Origin: Podarcis bocagei
Taxonomy: Eukaryota
DNA length: 64,000 bases
Assembly: GCA_964188305.1 (NCBI GenBank)
Contig: OZ076894.1
Direction: 5' to 3' (one strand)
Shown: positions 37,901 to 49,900 of the stretch, in pieces
Numbering within the stretch: the first letter of the stretch is position 1
Layout of the letters: the number at the start of each line of letters is the position of its first letter
Notes under the pieces: generated by a model
Databases searched by the model: none
Seen by the model: only the letters and a program-made list of their open reading frames with translations
Told to the model about the DNA's origin: nothing
Program-made: the position numbers and the translations under genes

Positions 37901-40900
37901 ATATAGAGTATACAGTCAAAGCAACATAACAGAACACAAAAATATGATCTTAAAGATTTCAAAAAACATTATGAAGGAGGTAAACTACAGAATACATACC
38001 GTATTTTTCGCCCCATAAGACGCACTTTTTCCCCTTCAAAAATGAAGGGGAAATGTGCCTGCGTCTTATGGGGCGAATGCAGGCTTTCGCTGAAGCCTGG
38101 AGAGCGAGGGGGGTCGGTGCGTACCAGGCTTCAGGAAGCTCTGCGCAACCCTCGGGAGACCGGCTCCGAGGGTTGCGCAGAGCTGCCTGCAATCCCGGGA
38201 CCAGCGCAGCTCTGCCCGGCCACCGGGAGCCTGGGGAGAAGCTCCGCCCCGCTCCCGGTGGCCCTGCAGAGCTGCCTGCGCTCCTGGGACCAGCGCAGCT
38301 CTGCCCGGCCACCGGGAACCGGGGGAGAAGCTCCGCCCCGCTCCCGGTGGCCGTGCACAGCTGCCTGCGCTCCTGGGACCAGCGCAGCTCTGCCCGGCCA
38401 CCGGGAACCGGGGGAGAAGCTCCGCCCCGCTCCCGGTGGCCCTGCAGAGCTGCCTGCGCTCCTGGGACCAGCGCAGCTCTGCCCGGCCACCGGGAGCCGG
38501 GGGAGAAGCTCCGCCCCGCTCCCGGTGGCCCTGCAGAGCTGCCTGCGCTCCTGGGACCAGCGCAGCTCTGCCCGGCCACCGGGAGCCGGGGGAGAAGCTC
38601 CGCCCCGCTCCCGGTGGCCGTGCAGAGCTGCCTGCGCTCCTGGGACCAGCGCAGCTCTGCCCGGCCACCGGGAGCCGGGGGAGAAGCTCCGCCCCGCTCC
38701 CGGTGGCCGTGCACAGCTGCCTGCGCTCCTGGGACCAGCGCAGCTCTGCCCGGCCACCGGGAACCGGGGGAGAAGCTCCGCCCCGCTCCCGGTGGCCCTG
38801 CAGAGCTGCCTGCGCTCCTGGGACCAGCGCAGCTCTGCCCGGCCGCCGGGGGAGAAGCTCCGCCCCGCTCCCGGTGGCCGTGCACAGCTGCCTGCGCTCC
38901 TGGGACCAGCGCAGCTCTGCCCGGCCACCGGGAACCGGGGGAGAAGCTCCGCCCCGCTCCCGGTGGCCGTGCAGAGCTGCCTGCGCTCCTGGGACCAGCG
39001 CAGCTCTGCCCGGCCACCGGGAGCCGGGGGAGAAGCTCCGCCCCGCTCCCGGTGGCCCTGCAGAGCTGCCTGCGCTCCTGGGACCAGCGCAGCTCTGCCC
39101 GGCCACCGGGAGCCGGGGGAGAAGCTCCGCCCCGCTCCCGGTGGCCGTGCACAGCTGCCTGCGCTCCTGGGACCAGCGCAGCTCTGCCCGGCCACCGGGA
39201 ACCGGGGGAGAAGCTCCGCCCCGCTCCCGGTGGCCGTGCAGAGCTGCCTGCGCTCCTGGGACCAGCGCAGCTCTGCCCGGCCACCGGGAGCCGGGGGAGA
39301 AGCTCCGCCCCGCTCCCGGTGGCCCTGCAGAGCTGCCTGCGCTCCTGGGACCAGCGCAGCTCTGCCCGGCCACCGGGAGCCGGGGGAGAAGCTCCGCCCC
39401 GCTCCCGGTGGCCCTGCAGAGCTGCCTGCGCTCCTGGGACCAGCGCAGCTCTGCCCGGCCACCGGGAGCCGGGGGAGAAGCTCCGCCCCGCTCCCGGTGG
39501 CCCGGCAGAGCTGCCTGCGCTCCTGGGACCAGCGCAGCTCTGCCCCGCCACCGGGAGCCGGGGGAGAAGCTCCGCCCCGCTCCCGGTGGCCCTGCAGAGC
39601 TGCCTGCGCTCCTGGGACCAGCGCAGCTCTGCCCGGCCACCGGGAGCTGGGGGAGAAGCTCCGCCCCGCTCCCGGTGGCCCTGCAGAGCTGCCTGCGCTC
39701 CTGGGACCAGCGCAGCTCTGCGCCGCCATCCCGAGCGGGGCGCTAAGTCCCGCCCCGCTCGGGATGGCGGCACAGAGCTGCCTGCCGTCGCGGGACTGCA
39801 GGCAGGTCTACGCCGCCATCCCGAGCGGTGCGCTAAGTCCCGCCCCGCTCGGGATGGCGGCAGAGATCTGCCTGCCGTCGCGGGACCGCAGGCAGGTCTA
39901 CGCCGCCATCCCGAGCGGTGCGCTAAGTCCCGCCCCGCTCGGGATGGCGGCAGAGATCTGCCTGCCGTCGCGGGACCGCAGGCAGGTCTACGCCGCCATC
40001 CCGAGCGGTGCGCTAAGTCCCGCCCCGCTCGGGATGGCGGCAGAGATCTGCCTGCCGTCGCGGGACCGCAGGCAGGTCTACGCCGCCATCCCGAGCGGTG
40101 CGCTAAGTCCCGCCCCGCTCGGGGTGGCGGCAGAGATCTGCCTGCCGTCGCGGGACCGCAGGCAGGTCTACGCCGCCATCCCGAGCGGGGCGCTAAGTCC
40201 CGCCCCGCTCGGGATGGCGGCACAGAGCTGCCTGCCATCGCGGGACTGGTGCACTTCTCCCCATCGCCAGCCCCACAAGCTCGGGGGACAGCGGGGAGGC
40301 AGAGCGTGCCTTCCCACTGTTCCCCGACCTGGTTCTTCCAGCCCCGCACCTGGGGGGGAAATAAAATTTTTTTTCTTTATTTCCCCCCCCAAAAAACTAG
40401 GTGCGTCTTATGGGCCGGAGCGTCTTATGGGGCGCAAAATACGGTATTTAACATAGTAGGGCTGGTGAGTGTGGGTCCCGCCCCCTAGGCCAGGTGGAAA
40501 GGGCCTTGCAGGGAGCGACCTTCACACTCACAGCCGAGCGATGTTCCTTCAGCCTCATGAGGAGCCTCTTAAGTAGGGCTGGTGAGTGTGGGCCCCTGAG
40601 ATAGTCTCAGGACCAGACAATTAGAAGATCAGTATTTCTTTAACACCATCAATTTCTCTATACTCTGGAATCTCTAACAGTGTTTTGTTCCTTAAGAGAG
40701 AATGCAGACCATGAAGAGAAACAGAACATTTTGTGGAAAACTGAGGAATGCACCATATCTCAGGTTGATGGGACAAAATCTTTCACCTTTGGTAAGCACT
40801 CGATAAGCACTGAAATACTTTGTAAACTTCTTTGAGGGTTTGTTTGTTTACAATCAAGGGCTGTATAAATTTTATTAAGTACATAAATATTGGTATACCA

Positions 40901-43900
40901 TAAAAACATGCAAACAACTTTTTTGAAAGCAGCCAGGTGTGCTTCTACCAGTCTAACTTACAAGTTGGCAATCTGACAAATCTTGAAGATGGAGTTTGAT
41001 TTCTGTGAACTGAACCTTTTCTCTTTTTTTCTTTTCTTTTTGAAGATCGGGTGTTTCATTCTTCAGAAAATACCACAGAAGTCTACGAAGGGGTGGCTGC
41101 TTCAATTATAAAGTCTGCTGTTCAGGGATATAATGGTACCTTAAACATCAACACATTTGAATGCTTGCACTGTATTTGGGTAGTGGTCTGAGCTAACCAT
41201 TGCTTTTCCTTTTAGGAACTATTTTTGCCTATGGCCAAACTGCTTCGGGGAAAACTTACACAATGTTGGGCACTAAAGATTGCCCAGGAATCATACCGAT
41301 GGCCATCAATGATGTTTTCAATAGCATCTGTGGAGTAAGTTTTTCTACTAGATGAACTTTGTTTCAGATACCACATTAGTGCTGCTAAGCTGCATATTGA
41401 ACCTGCTTTTGACGATTTCTTAGCTCCACTTAGGAGAAAAGCCCGTGCAGCCCCTATATAGCAGTTTCCATTTCCCACATAATAATCTTGTTGGCCAATA
41501 AGTATTGTGAGTGGAACCAATACAGTAATACCTCCGCGAACATCTGTCTTGTCTAGCGTCCATTCTGGCGAATGTCCGCGGCAAACCCTGAAGTACCGGA
41601 ACGGGTTACTTCTGGGTTTGCCGCTCACGCATGTACAGAAGCACAAACGGCTCCACACGCGTGCGCAGACACGGCGCTTTGCCCTGCATCCTTTTCAGCT
41701 AGTGGCTGGGGCTCTGGAACGACTGTATAGAGATCAGGAATGAGAAACTGTTGTTCTTCAGAAGTTGTTGGAGTCTGATCCCATCACATCCATCAGCTAT
41801 GCTAGCTGGGGCTGATAAGAGCTGCAGTGCAGCATCATTTGGAGGTCCATAGTTCCGCATCTGTAGTATAGTTCATAAGGAAGGAGGGAATGTTTTAGTG
41901 ATGGCATTGGATGGGGTGGAGGGGGCAGGGAGCCATGTTACATTAGTTCTCTACAATTAGGGATGCTGATGCATGCATGCGCTTTACTTTTTTAGAATCC
42001 TGACAGGGAGTTCCTACTCCGTGTATCATATATGGAAATCCACAATGATAGAGTTCAGGACCTACTGTGCAGCAACATAAAAAAAAAGAAACCCTTGGTT
42101 GTTCGTGAAGACATCAGTGTAAGTAACCATCGCTACCTTTCCAAGTGACAGTGCCAAAGCTCCCACATGGCCTTGTAACAGGGAAAGTAAAATTCTGGAA
42201 ATCAGCATGGTGTTGACAGTTGCCTACTTGGACTCTGCCCATTTTGCTTCTGCGTTGATTAAAATCTATTTTTCTTAAAGTTGACCTAAAGTTAGCTAAC
42301 TGCCTAATAGCTTTGCATTGCCTATATACAAAGAGGTAACGCCTAGAATCAATACTGTCATGTTATGTGATTTTATTTTATTTTAATTTTAATTTTTAAA
42401 ATCTCTTGTAGAGGCAAATCTTTGTTGAAGATCTGAGCGAAGAGGTGGTGGTTTCTCCAGAGCAAGTTGTGAGCTGGCTGCAGAAAGGAGAAAGTAAGAC
42501 TTAATATCTGGTGTGACTTAAACACATACAGAGCTTCCTGTACAGCTCTGATACAGTGGTACCTTGGTTTACGAACTTAATCTGTTCCGGAAGTTCGTTC
42601 TAAAACCTAGGTGCACCTTCCCATAGAAAGTAATGCAAAATGGATTAATTTGTTCCAGACTTTTAAAAACAATCAGTAGCTGAACTGGGATCCACACAGA
42701 TCCCCCGCCCCGCTGCTGCAGGAAATGTTCCCTAGAGGTGCACCTCCCATAGCGGCAAGGGGGGGAGTTGTGCGCCCACCAACCAGATGACAATGGATGT
42801 GTGGCACTCAAAATGGAAGTGCACCCCCGGAGTACGTTCGTATACCAAAAAAAAACAACAACAAAAAACGCAACCCAGAACACTCATTTTCAGGTTTGAA
42901 GTGTTCATAATCCAGAAAGTTTAACTAGGCTGTTCATAACCCGAGGTACCACTGTACTTCTAAATCCATCAACTTTATTGTGTTTTGTTCTGAATAGAAA
43001 ACAGACACTATGGTGAGACCAATATGAATGACAGAAGTAGCCGCTCGCATGCAATCTTCCGCATGGTAAGTGATAATGAATTTTTATTTTACTGATTTCT
43101 TTTAGTTCAGAGATCGGAAACCTCTGTCCCTCTCTGATGTTCCCGGACTCCAAAGTCCCATCAGTTCTGACCATTGGCCATACTGATGGGAGATGGAGTC
43201 CAACAACATCCAGAGGGCACCAGCTTCCCTATTCCTGGTTAGTACCTGGCTATGATGTCTGGAAGGATATGAGAGGGAGATATTTGTTGTTGTTGTTGTT
43301 GTTGTTGATATTTTTTGTTGTTGTTGTTGTTGTTGTTGTTATACAATTCTACCACTGGGCAATTTACAATATAAAACACAAAAATATGTGCCATAAGAAA
43401 AAACAAAAACAATAAAACACATAGTTTAAAAGGCCATTGATCGTTTAATTAACCAAAGGCCTAAGAGAAGAGGAATATTTTTGCCTGGCACCTAAAATAT
43501 GTAACAAAAGCACCAGGCATGCCTCCCTGGGGTGAACATTCCACAAGATGTGCCAGTTCTAGGTTCTGTGGTCGAGGGTAGGTGTGCTACAGTATATAGA
43601 CCCACACGTCACAAACTGGTATTCGTGGTGGCTATTTTTGTTGGTTTATAATTTGTGGTGTGATAGTAAAACAATTTCACAACCTTGCTTGCTTTTTTTA
43701 AAGATAATTGAAAGCAAAGAGAAGACTGATAGTTCAAGCTACGATGGTGCTGTAATGGTATCTCACTTGGTGAGTTCTTTGAAAAATAGAACTGAGGTTT
43801 GTAATGGGTTGGTAGAAAAAACCACTATTGAAGGATGCTGCAGCTTGTGTGCATTACAGGAACATGAGACGAGCCCTGCTGTATCAGACCAATGGCCTGT

Positions 43901-46900
43901 TTGTTCTAGCATCCTGTCCTCACAGTGGTGAACCAGGTGCCCAAGATCCAAACAGGACCCCAGCTTAACAGCAGTTTCTCTACTTAAGATTCACAGCAGC
44001 AGGTAGTGGAGGTGGAACTTAGCCATCACAGCTAGTAGTCCTTGCTAGACTTGTACTCTATGGATTTGTCTGATCCTCTTTTAAAGGCTTCCAAGTTGGT
44101 GGCCATTACTACTTACTGGGTGAGTGAATTCCGTAGTTTATGTGACTGTGTGAAGAAGTTCTATCTTGTCTGTCCTGAATCTTAGCTTTGTTGACTGGCC
44201 CTGAGTTCTAGAATTATATGAGAGATGGAGAGAAACTTAGCCCTATCTGCCTTCTCGATACCATGCATAATCTTATACACCTCTAGCAGGTCCCTCCTTA
44301 ACTTGCCTTTCCTCTGAAAGCCCCAAATGCTTTAACATTTGGAAGAAAGAGGTTTGTGTGCCATATGACCCACTCTGCCCCCTAAGCTAGGCTGCTGCCC
44401 TAAGACGAAGTACAGTGGTACCTCGCAAGACGAAAGAGTTTTCCGTTTTTTGAGTCGTTCCGCAAGACGAATTGCCCTATGGGCTTGCTTCGCAAGACGA
44501 AATGTCTTGCGAGTTTGTTTCCTTTTTCTTAAAGCCCTTAATAGCCGCTAATAGCCGTGCTTCGCAAGACGAAAAAACCGCAAGACAAAGAGACTCACAG
44601 AACGGATTAATTTCGTCTTGCGAGGCACCATTGTAGAGGATGTTGTCTTTCCACCAGTCTGGTTGACTTGGCTATACAGAAAGAGGGGAGGGGTGCCATC
44701 TTCTACTTCGGCTCAGGTAGCGAAATATATTGGGCCAGCCTTGTGTGCTTTCTGTTTGAGATCTGGCCGGCAGAGCCAAATATATATTGGGACTGTGGAA
44801 GGCTGTGGAATGAACTTCTGTTTCTGCCTGGGAAATAGCAGCAGTAGAAACTCAGTTGCTCTGAGTTTCCAGTCCGTTAGGCACAGCAGTCATAATGCTT
44901 ATTCAAAAGCAAGTTCCATTGACATTGCGGGAACATACTGAAGAGGTGCAGACTAAACAATGTCCATATTATTATTACATTTATGTCCCATCTTCAAGAA
45001 ACTAAGGTGGCCTACTTGATTTTGTCCCCCTCCATTTTAGCCTTACATCAACCCTACGAGGTAGGTTAGGTTGAGAGACCAAGGTGACTCAGTGAGCTTT
45101 GTGGCCATGTGGGGATTTGAACCCTGGCCTCCTAGGTCCTAGCCAGACACTCACCACTATGCCACATTAGTTCCTTGACTATAGTAGAAATTCAGTTATG
45201 TCTGTTCTTCTTAAAGTGGTCAAAACATCAAATATGCACATCCTTCTACCTTTTTCTTCTGTTGCAGACCATCCTGAATCTGAGATGCAATCTAAAAATT
45301 CCTCTGTTCTTTCGCTTTGATGAAATGTTAAATGTTGTTGTAATGGTTCTAGGGGTTGCTCGTGCGTAAATCGGCGTCACACCTGGCTGGGTTGCCTGAG
45401 TGAACCCTTTCTGTCTGGGCAGCCACTCGCCTGCTCGTGCGTAAATCGGCGTCACACCTGGCTGGGTTGCCTGAGTGAACCCTTTCTGTCTGGGCAGCCA
45501 CTCGCCCGTGGCTGTCTCAATCGCTGGCAGAATCCGTCAGTGGGCGTTTCTTGAACTTCTTCCAGCAAAGAAGCTCTTTGACGCCTAGTCTCCGCCTACT
45601 TTCCCTGCGTGGAAGCCTTCTGCGCAGGGAGGGTGTGGGCATCGGAGGACCCGTGCTCTCCCCGCTGCTCCCCGGCGAGGAGTCTTGGAGCCACCTCGCC
45701 GATTCCCCCATCTGCCCCCCTTCTCTACTAGTGCTACGCTGATTTCCTTCCCCAGAAGATGTGCTGCTTCTCTCCCTCCTGGGACGCTCTCCGGAATCCC
45801 TCTGGAGCCCTCCCTCTCCCTCTGGCTCCGATGGCAGTTCCCTGACAGTTGTTCAGTTGAACGCATTTTCTCCCAGATGTAGTGACCAGTGCTGCACAAA
45901 ATTGTTGTTCCTTTGATTTAAACTCCTGGCCAGGTACCTTTTTCTGCTCATGTACAGTCTCAGGAACTCATTTTTCTCAGGCTTTTATCTGCCACTGTTT
46001 GGAATTCAGTCATTCAATCAATAGGTGATTTGAATAGATCTTGTGTGAGACTGGTGTCTAACACTGTCTGTCTTGAATTTTCAGAATTTTGTAGATCTGG
46101 CAGGAAGTGAAAGAGCTAGCCAGACTGGTGCTGAAGGTATGTGGCTGATGATGATTGAGCTTTTCCGGTAATCTGCTAAATACTAACTTGTAAAACATGT
46201 AAAAAATCCAACAAGTAATTTCCACCCCCAGGGTTCTGTTGCTGGGCATGCTTGCTCTTATTTATGTAAGCCATTTACAGCTTAACAGTAAAATTCATCA
46301 TATTTGGAACACAAGACTGATGCAGATGTAACATTCCCACCTGGTAGACTCTTGCACAAAAATCTAACTTCTCTCTGGCAAGGATGAGGAATCTGTGGTG
46401 CTCTAGAAGTTGGATACAAACTCCTAGCAATCCTAGTCAATATGACCAGTGGTCAGCAATGATGGAACAACACATTGGAGGACCACAAGTTCCTCATCCC
46501 TGCTTCTGCAGAGACTATTGTAAACCGCACCACTATCCTTGGATGAAGGGTGGTATATAAATTTAATGAATATAATATTTGGTTATAGGCCTTCTAGCGT
46601 TATCTTCTTCCTTTTGGCTGAAATTATTCAATGTTTCAGAGTTAAATGGCATAATTCATCACACCACTAATAATGTTGAAATCTTATTGGGTGTCTCCAA
46701 TGCTGTCCTTTCATTGACAGAAGGAATTGGTTGGCAAAACAAAGGAGAGATTTTTTTTTGGTGATGAACCCTACACAGGACCCTGTGCCCCTCTTTAATC
46801 TGCTGCAGAGGGCTGAGGAATCATCTAGAGCAGATTTAAGGACGGAATGGGGAATCGCTGAAAAATGCCCATTCTGCTGATAGTTGCCTTTTGTCAGGAG

Positions 46901-49900
46901 ACAGGCAACTTTGGATACTGCCCAGTATTGTTATTTAACACTTTATAAAGTGCCTAAAACTTTCTCTTAATAGGAATCTATTTTCATATCTGAAAAGATT
47001 GTGAGCCTATGGGCAGGTAAAAACAATACAGTAGGGGGTGAAATGGAGAACGAAGAAGAAAGCAATCAAATTCAGGAGCTCTTGACTATGTTAACTCCCA
47101 ATATGGTAGCAAAACAAATTTTGTGGAAGGAGCTGTCTGAAAATTAAAATTATGTTTGATGCCTAGGGATTCGTCTCAAAGAAGGTTGCAATATAAACCG
47201 GAGCCTCTCCATCTTGGGCCAAGTTATCAAGAAGCTATGTGACGATCAGGCTGGGTAAGGACAATGTAGTTAAGAAAGGTTCTTTAGTTTGTGCTGTAGT
47301 GAAAAGTGTTCTCACTTTATTCTAGACCAGGCAGCCAATGTAGTACCATCCCTAGGTGGTTTGACTACAGTTCCCACCACCACAGGTCTGGGCTTGATGG
47401 GAGTTGTCATCCAACAACCTTTGGAAGACACCACATTGGGCTGTCTCTGTCCTATGTAATTGATCAGCTCTTGGGCCAATTTTGCCTCTACTTAATAAGT
47501 AAAAACTTCCTTGTTCCTTTTTTGGTCATCCTCTTTCACCAGAGGCTACATTAACTACAGAGATAGCAAACTGACACGGATTCTGCAGAATTCGCTGGGT
47601 GGAAATGCTAAGACTGTTATTATCTGCACAGTCACTCCGGCATCCTTAGAAGAAACTCTTAGCACACTCCAGGTAAAACCGTACAGTTCCATTTCCTTCC
47701 CCGAAAAGGTTTGTGGGCAAAATTGCCCAAAGTGACAAGTAGGCAAGAAATTATTTCCCTTTCTCTTTAAACTTGCATGCTTTGTTCTAGTATATGTAAC
47801 TGCAGTTATAGATCTATGAGAAATCAGACTTCCCCTTCAATGGGAAGTAGTCTAGCACTTCCTCTAATAGCTGGCATGGATACTGACATTTGCAGAAGCA
47901 ACCCCTTCAACTCTTTTAAAAAGAGAGCCTGTGAAGACTAAGCTTTCATGGTAGTCATGGAGTCTTGAATATCAGGTGGAAAAGGAAAAACTGCGGAGGA
48001 ATGGCCTACTTGAGCTCCTGATAGCTTATCTGTTGCCCTCCAGATGTTGGAAGACTCCAGCTCCCATCAGCCATGGTCAACATGGTCAGATGATGGGAGT
48101 TGTAGTTCAACAACAACTGGAGGGCACAAGATTGGCTAACCTAGGCTTATCCCTTCTGTGGGGAGGGTGAAGGTATGCTGCAACATTTTGTTTAATGCAT
48201 CCCATTTGTATTTACTGTAATAGCAAATGTTGATTTTTATGATTCCATGCTTCTATAATTTTCGAAAAGAGATTTTGCACAAATGTAATTTTTCCCTGAC
48301 TTCACCTTCAAAGAGCAGTTCTGACTCCATGTGCCCATCTCTCCTAGTTTGCCAGTACAGCTAAAAATATGAAAAATAGCCCCATAGTAAACGAAGTTCT
48401 AACTGAGGATGCCCTTCTAAAGAGATATCGTTCAGAAATAGAAGACCTGAAACGACGCCTAGAAGAGGTAAGTTGTCTACCTTGATATCTAAGAGGCTGG
48501 AACAGGTCGAGTCTGGCCAAATTTCAATGGCAACTCTTAATAAAGTTGATGACCATTTCGTGCAGGGGTTCCATTCCCTGCCCCCACATATGTTGGAGGA
48601 GCATATATAAGTGTACCACAGCCCTGTTACACCCTTTTTGTGACATGCTGAGCAACGTTTTTGGGTCACTTCCAGGTTCATCGCCATATGCAATCACATG
48701 TCTTTCGGATGCGCATTAATTGGTCGTTGTGTGTTTTCAACCCTTTCCGCACTGGGTGGTGCAGACACAATTTCATGGAACTTAAATGCTTTCATTGTTT
48801 AATGCTGATGTTTAACCTTCACAGCCATTAGTATTTATAGTACGTTATTACCATCACAGTAATATACAAACGAACAACCACAATTCTCGCAAGCAAGAAG
48901 GGGTCTAAACAAAAGCACACAGCTATCCTAGCCAATGTAGCATGCTAGGGTAAATTTTTCTGTAATGTAAACTTCAATACCTTCTCCAGGCACCACACAC
49001 ATGGATTTGTTTTGAGGGATTTTACTACCCCAAGATAGATTGAAAATGTGGCCTGGGGTAGTAAAAGTATTCCCAAAAGTGTGCAAGTTTTCAGCAGGTC
49101 TTAGGAAAATCTGTTATGAAGGGTATTTTTTGTATTTCTTGGGAAATCACCTTACTATGAACAACATTGTGTGCCTTTCAACCTTTGGTATTGATGCTTT
49201 CCCTTTGTAGGTTTCACCACAATCCCAGCTGGCACAGATCATTGAAGAGAAGAACGCTCTTCAAAAAGAACAGCAGGAGAAAATAAGGGCTCTCACTGAG
49301 ATGCTGGTGACGGCACCTTCTTTTGCATCTGCGCAAGACTTCAAGGTAATATTTAAAAATTTAAGTGTTGTGGGACCTTTGGTGGAAAACTGGTGGTTCT
49401 TCCACATTTCTTGTAGCAGCTGTTATTAAGTAACCAAATGGGGTGAGGGAAACCTGGGAATGACTAGAAGGGTGCCACTGTAGAAAAGGCCCTTCCAACT
49501 TGTGGAAGCTTAACATAGCTCTTTTAAGGCATGCTTGAAGCAGGAAGCTCATACTGGGAAGCTGGTATAAGAACAGGCACCAGCAACTGAGTGTGCTTTA
49601 ATGGTGCCAGGAGGGTGGAGGGTGAATGGAGCCTGCTGCTCTCCAGTCCAGCCCTCACCACCAAGGGCCCTGCGCAACTTTGCAGCTCGTGGAGGGCAGC
49701 GTGAGAAGGATGCCATGTGCCCTCAACCAAGGCCTGGGATCGAAGGGCATGTGGCAGTTGCATCTTAAGTCACTCTCCACGGCTCCCAGCCTTTAAAATA
49801 GAGCTTTGTGTAGAATTCTGTACCTGCTACTTGTCACCCAGCTAGTGAGACACAGCGAGTTCAAGTTGCTTATGGTGCTTGCAAACATGTTTTAGGAAAG

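Larger units (their letters stand above)
37999..40444. mobile_element. Non-autonomous Tc2/pogo-like DNA transposon containing an expanded hairpin minisatellite
   Basis: TIRs CCGTATTTTTCGCCCCATAAGACGC / GCGTCTTATGGGGCGCAAAATACGG; TA on both flanks; no transposase. Confidence 0.85.

Noticed and set aside
38185-40248. CRISPR-like appearance (regular palindromic repeats)
   Set aside because: No unique spacers, no cas genes, and a vertebrate context; it is a tandem minisatellite.
37959-40488. Six overlapping 430-810 aa ORFs on both strands
   Set aside because: Produced by stop-free GC-rich 89/90-bp repeats; the same peptides cycle through all frames; intronic and inside a MITE.
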